DNA of 63,466 nucleotides, filler included, from Saprolegnia diclina VS20 (Eukaryota): NCBI RefSeq assembly GCF_000281045.1. It is 4 parts of one record of this genome, joined end to end, with 100 filler letters (N's around TTAATTAATTAA, not from the genome) between each part and the next. Parts side by side here need not be neighbours in the genome. Positions count along the whole stretch, not along the records: positions 31,085 to 52,477 come from NW_008246132.1; 3 more parts are not named here. One strand, 5' to 3'. Shown piece by piece: positions 34,301 to 44,544 of this stretch (position 1 is its first letter; each line of letters starts with the position of its first letter). The notes under the pieces were generated by a model. It saw only the letters and a program-made list of their open reading frames with translations, ran no database searches and was not told where the DNA came from. The position numbers and the translations under genes were made by a program.

Positions 34301-36524
34301 CGAGCTGATAGTACAACGACTGCGCAATGCACACACGTTGCACTTCGGTGTGGATTTCGATCGGCAACACCAAGTCAAGCACCACGTAGGTGGTCCATAC
34401 AAGTCCTGCGCTGAGGTGCCCGGCCAAATGGGGTCGCGCGAGTGGCACCAGTAGCGCAGCTTCACTGATCACGTAGGTAAGCCACGTCGCCTCGCTCGCC
34501 AAGACGGCGATTTCGAAAACGCTTCGCGGTGTATAAACAAAGCGGGAGAGGCCATAGGAGGTACGGAGGGTTATTGGCGCCGTACTGAGCAGCACCATCG
34601 CAGACGCGCCACGGAGGAAAAGCAGCGGTCGTCCGACCCACGTCGCACCGGCCACGCGGTGGAACACAAAGAAGTGGCGGGGATTCGGGTGGTGCAGGAG
34701 ACCAACGACACTGCAAACGACGGCCACGACCAGCAAGACGATCGAGACGTACACGACGAGGTAGAAGACGACTGCGGTCGCACGCCCGACCGTGGTTGCG
34801 CTCGGGTCGGTCGATGTTACGTCGTAGGCGTCGGATATCAATGCAAGTGTTCCATTGTCGCCCTCGAACGATACGACTTCGCGCACGCCAGTGACCCAGT
34901 CGGCCAGAAGCACCCAGCCAAAGAACGCAAAGGACGGGTCGAGCACCGACTGTCGTAGCAGCGAATAGTTGGTTCGACGCTCGTCCGATACAAACTGGAC
35001 AAGACTGATATGTAGTACGTCCAGATCGCGTCGGGCTGCAGCCGCAAGCGACGTGAGCGGGGGCAGGTCGTTGGCCAGGCGGTGCACAGGGGCAAGCAGG
35101 TGGAAGCATGCATCGTCGTCGAGGCAGACGTCCTCGATTCGTGCGGGTGCCATCAGCCGTAGGCCCAAAAGCGCTGCCGCTACACTCACTGAGATCGAGA
35201 ATGCGAGCGGGGTGTCACACGTATCCGTGATCGCGAACGGCGCTTGGACATTGGCTTGTGCAAGCCCATTGAGGCAAAGCGGGTTACCACCATAGTAGTT
35301 GTAGGCCCCGCGAAAGGCAGGCGGCGTCGGCGTGAGTGCACCACCTCGAAGCGCCAAGTAGGCGGCGGCGAGGGTCGTGTTTGTGGCGAGAGCATCCCCC
35401 AATAAGATCTGAGCGTCCAACACAAGGGTGTGCAGCGTGTTGGGGACGGGGAGAACATACATATCGACCGACAAGAACGCACCGAGGTGATCGTGAACGA
35501 CGCCCGTCTGCTCGAGATACTTGCCGTTGGTATCAAAGAGTCCAAGCAAGCTCTCAAAGGCCGGGGGTTGCAGATAGGGGCACGGCACCTTGGTGAAATG
35601 GCGGCGGCTGCCTCGCACCAGGCTGGCATTGCAGCCCGACACGAGCATGTACAGGTTGTTGTAGAGATACCCGTTGAAGATTTGCGACGTCCACGGACCC
35701 GCCGATTGGGACACTTGCTTGAGCGAAATGGGCTGATGCACGCCGAGCGCGTTGACCACGTCCACGGTTTCCGTAATCCCGGAAATGACCGAGTTTTGCA
35801 ATTGCAACGCGAAAAAAGTGAGTCCTTTAGCCCGCCAAAGCGACGCTTCGTCGTCGATCGACGTCGAGACAGTGGCTGTCGCGTCGAGCCACGCCTTGCC
35901 GGTCGGCGATTCTTGGATTGCGAGCTGCACGCCAATCGTAAAGATGTTGCCGTCGCCGCCATAGAGCTCTAGAAACGACGACCAGCTCTGAACGTTGCGC
36001 AAGACTGTTTCAAGGTACACGGCGCCATTGGTCGTGTAGCTCGCAGCACACCGCGCTTGGCGCGTCTCTGTCTGCGCCATTTCCCACCGTTTGTTCAAAT
36101 CGACGTAGCAAAATTGCGTAGGAAGCCAGAGCGCGTATGCGGCCGACGTGTTGCGAAGATTCGCAATCGCAAACTCTAGCGACGTGAGCGACGTCAGCAA
36201 GAGGCGCGACGCATACGTCGGGTGCCGCGTCGGGTACGTCACGTCCGTATGGTACGACTTGGTGATCGTCACAGTGAGAAGGTCGACAGCCCCCGACGCT
36301 TGACTCTCGAGGAGTGCGTTCGTCGCGTCAATCAGAAAGGCCTGCGTGCCACTTGTGTTGTAGTTGGCCCACCACAAGTCGTTGGCAAAAGGCGGTGCGA
36401 GGAGCGCTAAGTACCAGACACTAGCCGCCAAGCTCCCGCTGAGCCAGAACCAAGCAGCGAGGGTCGTGAGACGTTGGCGGCGCGGCGCCAAAGGCGTGAA
36501 TTCTGGTTGCACCCGCGACGCCAT
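31341..36524 (-). CDS. Large multi-TM oomycete family protein, paralog 4, complete (1727 aa, two homologous halves)
   Basis: Intronless ORF; every conserved motif occurs twice (ANDLWW/ANDLVW, NGAVYLE/NGAVFLA, REVVSFEGD/REVVTFQGD, WVGRPLL x2). Confidence 0.92.
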   Translation of the reverse strand: MASRVQPEFTPLAPRRQRLTTLAAWFWLSGSLAASVWYLALLAPPFANDLWWANYNTSGTQAFLIDATNALLESQASGAVDLLTVTITKSYHTDVTYPTRHPTYASRLLLTSLTSLEFAIANLRNTSAAYALWLPTQFCYVDLNKRWEMAQTETRQARCAASYTTNGAVYLETVLRNVQSWSSFLELYGGDGNIFTIGVQLAIQESPTGKAWLDATATVSTSIDDEASLWRAKGLTFFALQLQNSVISGITETVDVVNALGVHQPISLKQVSQSAGPWTSQIFNGYLYNNLYMLVSGCNASLVRGSRRHFTKVPCPYLQPPAFESLLGLFDTNGKYLEQTGVVHDHLGAFLSVDMYVLPVPNTLHTLVLDAQILLGDALATNTTLAAAYLALRGGALTPTPPAFRGAYNYYGGNPLCLNGLAQANVQAPFAITDTCDTPLAFSISVSVAAALLGLRLMAPARIEDVCLDDDACFHLLAPVHRLANDLPPLTSLAAAARRDLDVLHISLVQFVSDERRTNYSLLRQSVLDPSFAFFGWVLLADWVTGVREVVSFEGDNGTLALISDAYDVTSTDPSATTVGRATAVVFYLVVYVSIVLLVVAVVCSVVGLLHHPNPRHFFVFHRVAGATWVGRPLLFLRGASAMVLLSTAPITLRTSYGLSRFVYTPRSVFEIAVLASEATWLTYVISEAALLVPLARPHLAGHLSAGLVWTTYVVLDLVLPIEIHTEVQRVCIAQSLYYQLECKSATVTIGSYTRACWLLLLPTLVVPMTVFVLGIMDRHRSAPASPDVQLSGVATAYLSLSGIASDRVALLLAGLYRGTCVSFNFTLWVFVRGKADAAVAPTVALLPSAAGPPAPVPTTVAWQHRSWLLIGTVYVGAAIYSSTSYLALSEANLANDLVWTGFNMTSTHIFVARWFLRQLTAGVTSMTTTLDAPSINSAADYSVATTVLIPPQQYGAMLQYTNLTAIATAISALRAVEGCDGPYVFTQYCYLDLDQKWEMANSIKRQERCKLMVNNGAVFLASLLRNVDISTCWSESFEIGFGSELRQSTTGQTLLASFSPPYLSIDDEVSYWTSKSISSYVLQWQNYKSIGLVNSYNIVNAYGASYPFTLQSTAGYYRLESQTSFKMYWSLANDLSALLKNTSTMGGKSLLRSSSRFAYRNDSLAAVYVANGSILASPLGVGAAVVQSTIGPFGSIDMVYVGVPDVVRRAYGAILDHVGVLRSTGPAAIAAYASISLPAQLLPIPPQWSTANFKVFGGSILCPPAGNSGTSSITTGLTQLFSFPYSCATTQVTMSLAVTPEHFVVGAALTAPNASAICAQVVAKRTACVAGVLSTLTFLNETEQTLQATWRLSLEAALTPLRISLAQFGRPTANASTTLYIAPLLDDPAFAFFAHVLLYDWVAGNREVVTFQGDVGTLTLLGDSGIRRAQPIDTTKLPVVFALYAHRAVQYVTYVLMLLAAVAAVYLVRCHGRIAGANMLELSRVGGVVWVGRPLLLARGVTALSLLSSSSLTLGTKYESLTVLEATQLPWYATCLAANEVTWVAGVVNDVALALTQEDAMRYTTLNSVLVWAVTACLTTLLPVTHAVHVHRTCITTALDYQVHCTSGDVVIGSLHRLLLLSLLVVSINVASYLSVRCRQCKNEVRSRSLLLCAGARYLFDQESWLQEELYYMDRASAALNGLLSLRYKQAMYVFDVKTWRLHALSAVSTHLERRLREALPLRNAA

Positions 36525-37351
36525 GAGGCATCAACTGCCACCAGAGTATAGTTTGAGTGTGAAACGACAGTTTGAAACACTCAAAGGCGGCTTTGGTGCT
36601 CCAACTGACGATAGCCCGATACATGTATCCAAGGAAGCCACGCCTTTCGTTGCATCGCTACCGTTGTTGTTGAAGTGGGTCGACTATTAACTGGAGATTA
36701 TTAGTGCTTTATGGCCGACGCGGTGGCTCAGTCGCGTGATACTATCTATTTTGATTTCGGAAAGCTGAAAGCAGTGTCCCTGGCCCGTCTGGGTGCCACC
36801 TCACGTCAGTGACAGTAGCGATGAGCCCGACAACACTCTCGGGCTACCTCTACTCGACGCCCAAGACGGCCTCCAACATGCACCGAGCCGCGTTCCGCAA
36901 CCTCTGGCCATTTCTTCGCGCGTGCGTCTGATACAGCGTTCGGCGCGTCCGCAACGATCGCGTCTTTCGCACCGACCTACAGTGCCAAGTCTATGGACGA
37001 TTGCCGTCAAGACGGTGCGTGTCGCTCAACTACACTTGCACCACAGACTACTTCACGAGCCCGAACAGCCTGCTCTTCGTCGTCTTCTCCAACTCCTCGC
37101 CCAACACGAGTGGCCGCGCCTGCATCTTGTCCCACGCATCGGGCTCCTGCCTCCGCTCGCCTAGATCAAGTTCGATAACCGAGCATACACAACAAAGTAA
37201 GTCCGACATTTATTGAGCGTAGATCTACGTAACTATTTGCCAAGCGTCGACCAATTCGTGTTGCGGCACCCTGTATACGTCGTGCTTGTAGAAATTGTCA
37301 ACAACAAACAAACTGTTCATTACGTGACGCGACGAGAAGGACGGTCGTCCC

Positions 37352-37546
37352 TTATTCGCGGCGATGGTTCCACCACCAGTGGCAATACGGGTCATGGGGG
37401 TCCATGCAAATGAACCCCTTCGCACCCTTTTCGTTGGCGTTGCCCCCGCGCAGATTCGGGGTCTCGGTGCTGGCCTCGGGCTTGGCGGGCTCGGCGGCGA
37501 CAGCCACGCAAACGGCGGCGGCGAAGGCAAGAAGGCGGAGTTGCAT
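37352..37546 (-). CDS. Small secreted prepropeptide A (64 aa)
   Basis: Signal MQLRLLAFAAAVCVAVAA; pro-like EPAKPEASTETPNLRGGNANEK; tail GFICMDPHDPYCHWWWNHRRE; Inr-FPR-like TCACTATTCGATTTG just upstream. Confidence 0.75.
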   Translation of the reverse strand: MQLRLLAFAAAVCVAVAAEPAKPEASTETPNLRGGNANEKGAKGFICMDPHDPYCHWWWNHRRE

Positions 37547-38375
37547 GGCTGCTGTTGTCGTAGCAAATCGAATAGTGAGTGTGCTCGACCGCGACAGTGT
37601 TTAGAGTTTACTCCAAAGTTGGCGTGTCTGTAGTATCGCCCGTCGAGGAGCGTGTGGTCATCATCCCATGGCCGAACGTGTAGGTACACTGAAGCTCCGA
37701 CTCGCATGCCACTGTGCCCGTTGGGCGTAGAGGCACCGTGGCGTGAAGACGCTAGACAGTCGGTAAAGTTCCAATGCTGCCGTCTATGCACGCGGAATAT
37801 AGTTGTACCCGAAACGACACGAACGGGCGTGCGACGTCGTTTAGTGTCTCGTAGTACCCGCTTTGCAGTCGTCGGTCCTGACCAGATTCCGAGATCACGT
37901 CTACCGCGTCGACAGTCGACAGTCCGCTGTGCTAGTACAGTGCAGTCGGGTGACCAGATACAGACCAGTGGAACGTGGTCCAACAAGATAGATCGTTTGC
38001 TGGATGGATGGATAGTTTAAGGATGTATCCAAGATCAAAATTTGATCCTTGGATTAGAGATCCATAAAGTTGTGATGAATTCAGCGTTCATATGATCAAC
38101 ACAGCTGTGTTTCTGCGAGAGCAACGCATACCATAGGGTACATTGTCAGGAGATGCTATGTCCACTTGCACCGAAATATTGCTGCACGACGTCGCATACA
38201 TGGAGATGAACGTCCGCATGGAGTTTCACCTCGCTTGGGCTAGCTCCCGACTGGAAAATCCCCTGGATAAACAAAGAAGTTTACTTTGTTTCGAGTTACA
38301 CGAGTCGCCCCAAGGCAGTGTCGTCTTACGCACGAATCGGGGGATACGGGGGCAGCAGTAGTCGGTATCGCCGCA

Positions 38376-38510
38376 TCACTTTTCGCGCGGAATATCGCAG
38401 CAAATTGCCGGCATCTCGGCGCGCAAGCTCGGCTTGGCGGGTTGGTCCTCCGGAAGCACGGCCGCGCCGACGACCGCAGCGATCGCGAGAAGAAGGTAGC
38501 CGACTTGCAT
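38376..38510 (-). CDS. Small secreted prepropeptide B (44 aa to first TGA; not in ORF track)
   Basis: Hand translation MQVGYLLLAIAAVVGAAVLPEDQPAKPSLRAEMPAICCDIPREK*; Inr-FPR TCACTTTTCAATTTG just upstream; shares PAKP and xLR motifs with peptide A. Confidence 0.7.
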   Translation of the reverse strand: MQVGYLLLAIAAVVGAAVLPEDQPAKPSLRAEMPAICCDIPREK

Positions 38511-40688
38511 GGTCGTTTGGTAGCAAATTGAAAAGTGAAGCGCCGCCAACGGCCGTCCATACCCACGTCGCTCGTCGTGTTTCGTCGGTCGAGTACCTAA
38601 ATTCCTTCAGTGCATATGATCATGCATCCAAGGCAATGGGTGCGTCGGCCCAGATGCAGCGCATTCGGTGTTGTTGTGATTGTTGACTAAGGGTTTGTCT
38701 GTCCTTGACGATGCCAATGTACTTTGGCCTTGGTGTCGGGATATCGGACCCGTCTTATTCTTGGCGAAGCCGCCTTGCAACCTTGAGCAAGGATAAGTAC
38801 ATCGTCACGGCCATTCTCGATTACTCTACTAATTGCTGTGTAGGAGCCAACACCACCCGTCGTATCCTACTGCACCGCCGACCATATAGTCTGATTTCGA
38901 CATTTCCCCGCCGCGTGCGAGTGCAGCCCATACCGCTGTCGTCTGGGATGACCAGATTCAGCTACTCCGTCTAGCATGGATGATCAGACGAAGCTTTTTT
39001 CGACTAGACACAAACGGTTTTGCCAGACTGCACGGGATGCAGCGACGTCGCTCCCCGCCACCGCAAGTGCAGCCAAGGTCAATCTCCGGACACTCAATGT
39101 ACTATACATATATTACATGTATAAGTCAATCCAAACGGCAAGTTGGTAGAAATTGGTCGTGGCAGCCGCAAGACCCACTCTGCACGTTTTCGACTTGGCA
39201 ACGCCTGGACTATCTTTGAAAGCGACTAAACGACTAAAGAACCATAGTCCATTAAAACGGTGGAAAAACCTATGTTTAGAGGTTAAACGCATGAAGGCAG
39301 CGATGTATCGAGATAGAGAGGTGTGCTTAGAGCACCACCACATCGAGCGGATATGTGCTACACCATTCGTACGCGTCTAAAACGAGTTTGAGGACCAAAA
39401 CTACTTCTTACCGCGCCGCTTCCTACTCCTCTCGTATTAGTACAATTGTTCTAGTTGCTGATATTGAATGTCCTCAACGAGTGCTTTTCGTTGTCGTCAA
39501 CCGGAATGGTCGTCTCCAGTTGGTCGAATTTTTCTTTCTGGGCGCTGGATCGCGCGCCATTGCAGTTTAGGCGTGCAACAAACGACAAACTAGCGCGAGT
39601 GGCCTTCACGGGGTATTGAAATGCGCTGGGCCGCCCTAACGGGTTGTCCCGCATGCGTTGATACCCATGACTTTCGGCGACACATTTGCGTGTACGTTGG
39701 TGTGTCGGCTACGCAATGTGCCACTCTGACAAGAGTGGTCCGAGGCTCAAACAGATTTTTGGTTGAGGCGCTCCGTGCAAAACGTGTGGCTGGCATCTCG
39801 GCGCAAAAAACATATGATATTCTAAAACGGCAACAGAACGAGCATTCCACCCCAACATTTGCGCAAGTCTATCACACGATGTTAATATATATTTGAACGA
39901 ATGCCTGCGAAAATTTCCGCCTTGCACGTACACGTAGGACACTGAAGGCGAACCTCCGTAGTCTGTGACTCACAGTCGACTGAGCCGTGACCACTTGGAT
40001 CAACACTCTAGCGGTAGGAATGGACATGGCTGCAAACTGGACAGAGTGTCAATATACTGGAGTTTATCGCTTCCTTGATGGCTAGAACGACGATGCGTTC
40101 GTAGTCTAGCAATATTCTGGAGAGCTGGCCTCGCAAAGGTCAAATGCATTGGGTCAAGAGAAGCCTGGCACTAGGTCTCCGATGCGACGCCGCTGTTTTT
40201 TCAAAGAGAAAGCGGGTGTGTGATGCGTAATGGAGCAGCCATACGTAGTGGGTATTATTGAATACAGTATATGTCAGCGTTTGGCTTTCAGACGTCGACT
40301 TCTGTTCTTTTTGCCCACTTGACCATCAAGCTTGCCATCCCACGTTCCATCACGTACATGAGGGCGAGTGACAGCGACGCGATCTCGAATCCGAAACATC
40401 CTTCTCAACCAGAGGGGTGGCTCAGCCTCGCTTTTGCTTGATCGACGTCTTGAGCAAAATGGTAGCGACGAAATTTGACTACTAACTTGCTTCTCAACGA
40501 CTGCATGTGAAAGCCACGAAGGACCAACGGCATTGACTCGTGCCAGTGGTGAGCACCCGAGGTCATTAGTGGAGCTCGGTCCTTGACACAACTGGGATTG
40601 ACAACTCATTTCGAACATTTTTGAATAAAATCATGTATAGTCTCTATGTTGAAGCCTCGCTGTCCTGTCTACGGTCGAGAGGACACGA

Positions 40689-42932
40689 TTACGGCAAAGA
40701 AGCCCGTGCGGCCGCGACAACTTGATCCAGAATGGTCAGACGCGTGCGCGACGTGCGTGCGTTCAAGTGGTTACCTCCGCACATGGTCGGATACCCCGTC
40801 GAGTCCGCGAGCAAGAGCGTGTCGCCGTCCGAGTAGTTGTCGGCGTAGTCGAGTAGCGTCGCGTTCGCAGCTTTCACAGCGGCGTGGAGCGGGTCGAGAA
40901 ACCACGCCTTCTCTTTGCGAAACGCTGATCGACTAATTCGCGCCGGCACTTTGACGGTGCTGCCACTGACCCACGTGTCGGGCACCATCTGCGGGTACTC
41001 GGGGCTCTGGTCGACGACAAACACCTTGATGCCGAGGCGCGAGAGCTTGTGTAGTTCGGCTTCAAGCGACGCAAAGAGGTGGTGTACGTCGTCGGCGTTT
41101 TGCTCATTGCACGCAACAAACTCGTACAAGCAGCACTTGGGCGGGTGTGCGTACGGGCGGTCAAGGGGCGCGCCCGGGTTGATAAACTGGATCCAGTGTA
41201 CGACGAGGAGAACGGCTTGCGGCTTGAGCGCTGCGAGCATGTGCATGTTTTGAGCAAACTCGGGGCGGCACGGCAGCATCGCGCGGCCCCACCGGTCCTT
41301 CAAGACAATCGTCGGAAACGGCGTCTTGGACGCAACCGCATCATCAAAGAGCCGCATGAACCGGGGCACCGACATGTCGGCGTGCGAGTCGCCAAGAACG
41401 ACGAGCGTACCGTCCGCCTCGTGCCCCGGGTTGATGACCTCGCAGCGTTCAGGGTAGCCCGGATTCACCGGGTCCTTGAACGGAAATGGCACCGGCGAGG
41501 TCGCGGCTGTGATGTACTTGGCGTCGGGCGCACAGCTCGTTGTCCGGACGTTCCAGTTGCCGTCGGCCATGGCTTGCTTGGTCTGCAGCACCGTCGTCAT
41601 GGCTCGCGGTACCGTCGTTGCGTTGAGCGCCGTGGTGTCGATGATGGGCGGCAACGGCGCATTGGCAATCTCGATCTCGGTGGCGGAGAAGCTTGCCGGG
41701 TTCTTGTAGGCGCAACCGGCGACCACCGCGACTGCGAACATGCCAACCACGAGAAGTGGCGTGACCCATTTGGCGCGGTGGCGTCGAAGTCGTCCTTCGA
41801 GGTCTTCGTATGTCGCAATGCTCAAGACGAGGCTGAGCAGCAGCATCGCATACGGCTGCATGTAGAACGGTCGACTCGTCACGTCCGGATACCGCTCGAT
41901 CGCAAAGACGAGGAGCGGCCAGTGCCAGAGATACAAACAGTAGCTGATCTTGCCGACGTAGATAACGACGCGGTTGCTGAGAAGGTACGTGTTGACACTC
42001 GCGTCGGCGCCAGCGGCAATCGAGAGCGTCGCCCCGACCGTCGGAAGCAGCGCATAATACCCCGGAAACGCGCTTGTCTCATCAATGCAAGCCAAGCCGA
42101 CGACCACGGACGCGAGGCCGACGATGGCCACGAGATGGCGTCCCCAACGACTCGTGATTGCGACGCCGTGCATGTGGAGGTAGGCGAGGAGGCCGCCCAT
42201 CGACATTTGCCAAAACCGGCTCAACGGCATGTAGAACGACATCTTGTTGTTGTCGTTGTAGCCGATAAAGCAGACGTTGGTGGCAAAGCTCACCACGAGC
42301 ACCATCACTTGCAAGACAATCGCGGTCTTGAAGCGCATGCGCATGAGAAGCGACGCGAAGAGAGGCCAAAAGATGTAGAATTGCTCTTCGACTCCGAGGG
42401 ACCAGAGATGCAAAAGCGGGTTGGTCTTGACGTCAATGTCAAAGTACGAGTGCGTGAGCGAGAGAACTTGGAGGTTGGCGCTGAAGAGCGACCCCGCGAG
42501 CATCGTCGCTGCCATCGCCTTCACCTTGGGCGCCATGAGGTAGAGGTACCCGAGCCAGAACGTTGCAATCAAAACAACGAGGAGCGTCGGGAAGATGCGT
42601 CGGACGCGCCGCGCGTAGAATCCCGTGTACGTAAAGCTGCCGCGCTGATGCTCTTTGAAGAGGATGCCAGAGATGAGAAAGCCGGAAATGACAAAGAAGA
42701 CGTCAACACCGATAAAGCCACCGGGCAGGAACGCTGGGTACGCGTGAAAGAGTAGCACGGGTATGACCGCGAGGGTTCGAAGTCCGTCGACATCGGGGCG
42801 GTAGGTGAGCGGTGTCGGCGGCACGTCGTCGTCCGGCGCCGGTAGCAAAGCATCTAGAGCAACGGGCATCTCGTCCGGCGACTTTACGCGTAGTGTCTCG
42901 GGTGTTGTTGAAGGCGTCGAATGACCGTCCAT
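40689..42932 (-). CDS. Acyltransferase-3 (AT3) + SGNH fusion, OafA/OatA-like O-acyltransferase
   Basis: YRPDVDGLRTLAV, GGFIGVDVFFVISGFLI, RRVRRIFP, HLWSLGVEEQFY, GKISYCLYLWHWP, then SGNH-type GDSHA and a C-terminal NHL; intronless. Confidence 0.93.
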   Translation of the reverse strand: MDGHSTPSTTPETLRVKSPDEMPVALDALLPAPDDDVPPTPLTYRPDVDGLRTLAVIPVLLFHAYPAFLPGGFIGVDVFFVISGFLISGILFKEHQRGSFTYTGFYARRVRRIFPTLLVVLIATFWLGYLYLMAPKVKAMAATMLAGSLFSANLQVLSLTHSYFDIDVKTNPLLHLWSLGVEEQFYIFWPLFASLLMRMRFKTAIVLQVMVLVVSFATNVCFIGYNDNNKMSFYMPLSRFWQMSMGGLLAYLHMHGVAITSRWGRHLVAIVGLASVVVGLACIDETSAFPGYYALLPTVGATLSIAAGADASVNTYLLSNRVVIYVGKISYCLYLWHWPLLVFAIERYPDVTSRPFYMQPYAMLLLSLVLSIATYEDLEGRLRRHRAKWVTPLLVVGMFAVAVVAGCAYKNPASFSATEIEIANAPLPPIIDTTALNATTVPRAMTTVLQTKQAMADGNWNVRTTSCAPDAKYITAATSPVPFPFKDPVNPGYPERCEVINPGHEADGTLVVLGDSHADMSVPRFMRLFDDAVASKTPFPTIVLKDRWGRAMLPCRPEFAQNMHMLAALKPQAVLLVVHWIQFINPGAPLDRPYAHPPKCCLYEFVACNEQNADDVHHLFASLEAELHKLSRLGIKVFVVDQSPEYPQMVPDTWVSGSTVKVPARISRSAFRKEKAWFLDPLHAAVKAANATLLDYADNYSDGDTLLLADSTGYPTMCGGNHLNARTSRTRLTILDQVVAAARASLP

Positions 42933-44473
42933 GAGCAAAAGTGAAAATGATTAAAGTGTCGGTGGCAGCAACTAAGCTACCAGCCCGCAACGAATTTTTG
43001 ATCAACGTGCGCGGCCATATATCGCGTAGGTACCAATCGTATCCAAGGACGGCGGTTCGACTAAGTAATTCCGCAAACCTAGCTGGGAATTTTTGATCGA
43101 ACGTTGGGTGGCAAGCACCTGGAGCGGCAATGCAAGCAGCGTTGGTTGTGAGCCAGTGCGATGACAAATCGATTTCCATGTGTCGATACGGAACGCGGTG
43201 CTGAAATCCAGATTTCTTGTCTTCAAGAGAGTTGCCACCATGAGACTATTACATGTCTGTTACGCACGAGTGTACGTACAAGTACTGTCATGTTGTTGGT
43301 AACGGTTATCCATTCCACCCACAAGCCAACTCTGACACAACTAAAGGTGGTGATGATTCCATCGCCCATCAAATAAAAATTTGACTCCGCTCTTTGATTA
43401 AACTTATGGTGTGAGCAAAAACCGTCTTGCGTCTTGTTTGTTGTACAATAGTGTGGAGACGCGAACAGGACAGAGTGACAGGGTGGAATGCAGGCGTTTC
43501 GTCGAAAACATGTGACCAATCACGATGGTGGCCACACGTTTGACTCATCAGTTGGACAACAAAAAATTGGTGCCCTCGTATCAGTTAATTGGTCGAATCG
43601 ACTCGCATCGGTGCCCCCTCTCGGTGCTATAGCCGGGACACGAATGTCCACTTGAGAATGCATGTCGCTGAGAAGTTTCGCAGGGTACCAGCTTGGGTCG
43701 CCTACATGATTTAATGCACCCAAGCAACACCCAAAGCGCGCATGGCTCAACCCTGGGCTCAACGCGTGGCAGACATGCTGGACTGATAATCGTATGTCGT
43801 GTCCACAAAGCGCGACTTTGTGTCGCACCTCGGACTGCCAACGCACAGTCGGGTATAATCTCAATATATTCACGATATCGGGAACATGTAGTACAGGCCA
43901 CGTCAGCCCAGCGAACGCCCGGTCACAGATTTTTGTGGCATTTGGCTGCTGGGCGAGCCCTGCGTGCATACATTTTTGTGGTCGAAGAAGTAGACACCAT
44001 ACAAAGCGTTCTATTTCGCCGGCTGGCACCCAGAAGATATTACTACAGAACGCGACAAAATCGCCTTTGGATCGTCCTCGGTTTCGCAAGTCATGGCGCA
44101 CATCAAACCCTGGCAGAATGCATCCTCCCTCGACCAATGACGTCAGACAAGATCCTTTCTTTGAGATTGGCGGTCCAGCCTTCGAGACACTGAATCGCTC
44201 CCAAGGTGCAGCAGCTCGGGGGTCCGAATGTAGGCTACGCGCGAAATATAGCTGTACGGGATACAAATCTGGTATTTTTGGCGTGTGTACTTGATGAGGT
44301 GTGCTCTCGAGCGCAGGGCACGTGTGCGTTGAGGTTGCTGCACTCGAATGAATGAAGACATTATTTTGCGAAAAATAATTAAATGGAGAGCTTAGCGCTA
44401 GACAATAGCATGCTTATCACCATGCTTAACAGCATGCTTATATAGTGAACGTTTTTGCATAAGAAACAAGCTT

Positions 44474-44544
44474 GCGCTATTGGTTTAGTGGTAAAATATC
44501 TCGTTGCCATCGAGATGCCCCGGGTTCGATTCCCGGATGGCGCA
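44474..44544 (+). tRNA. tRNA-Gly (GCC)
   Basis: Acceptor GCGCTAT/ATGGCGC, anticodon arm TCTCG-TTGCCAT-CGAGA, T-loop GGTTCGATTCC. Confidence 0.96.
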
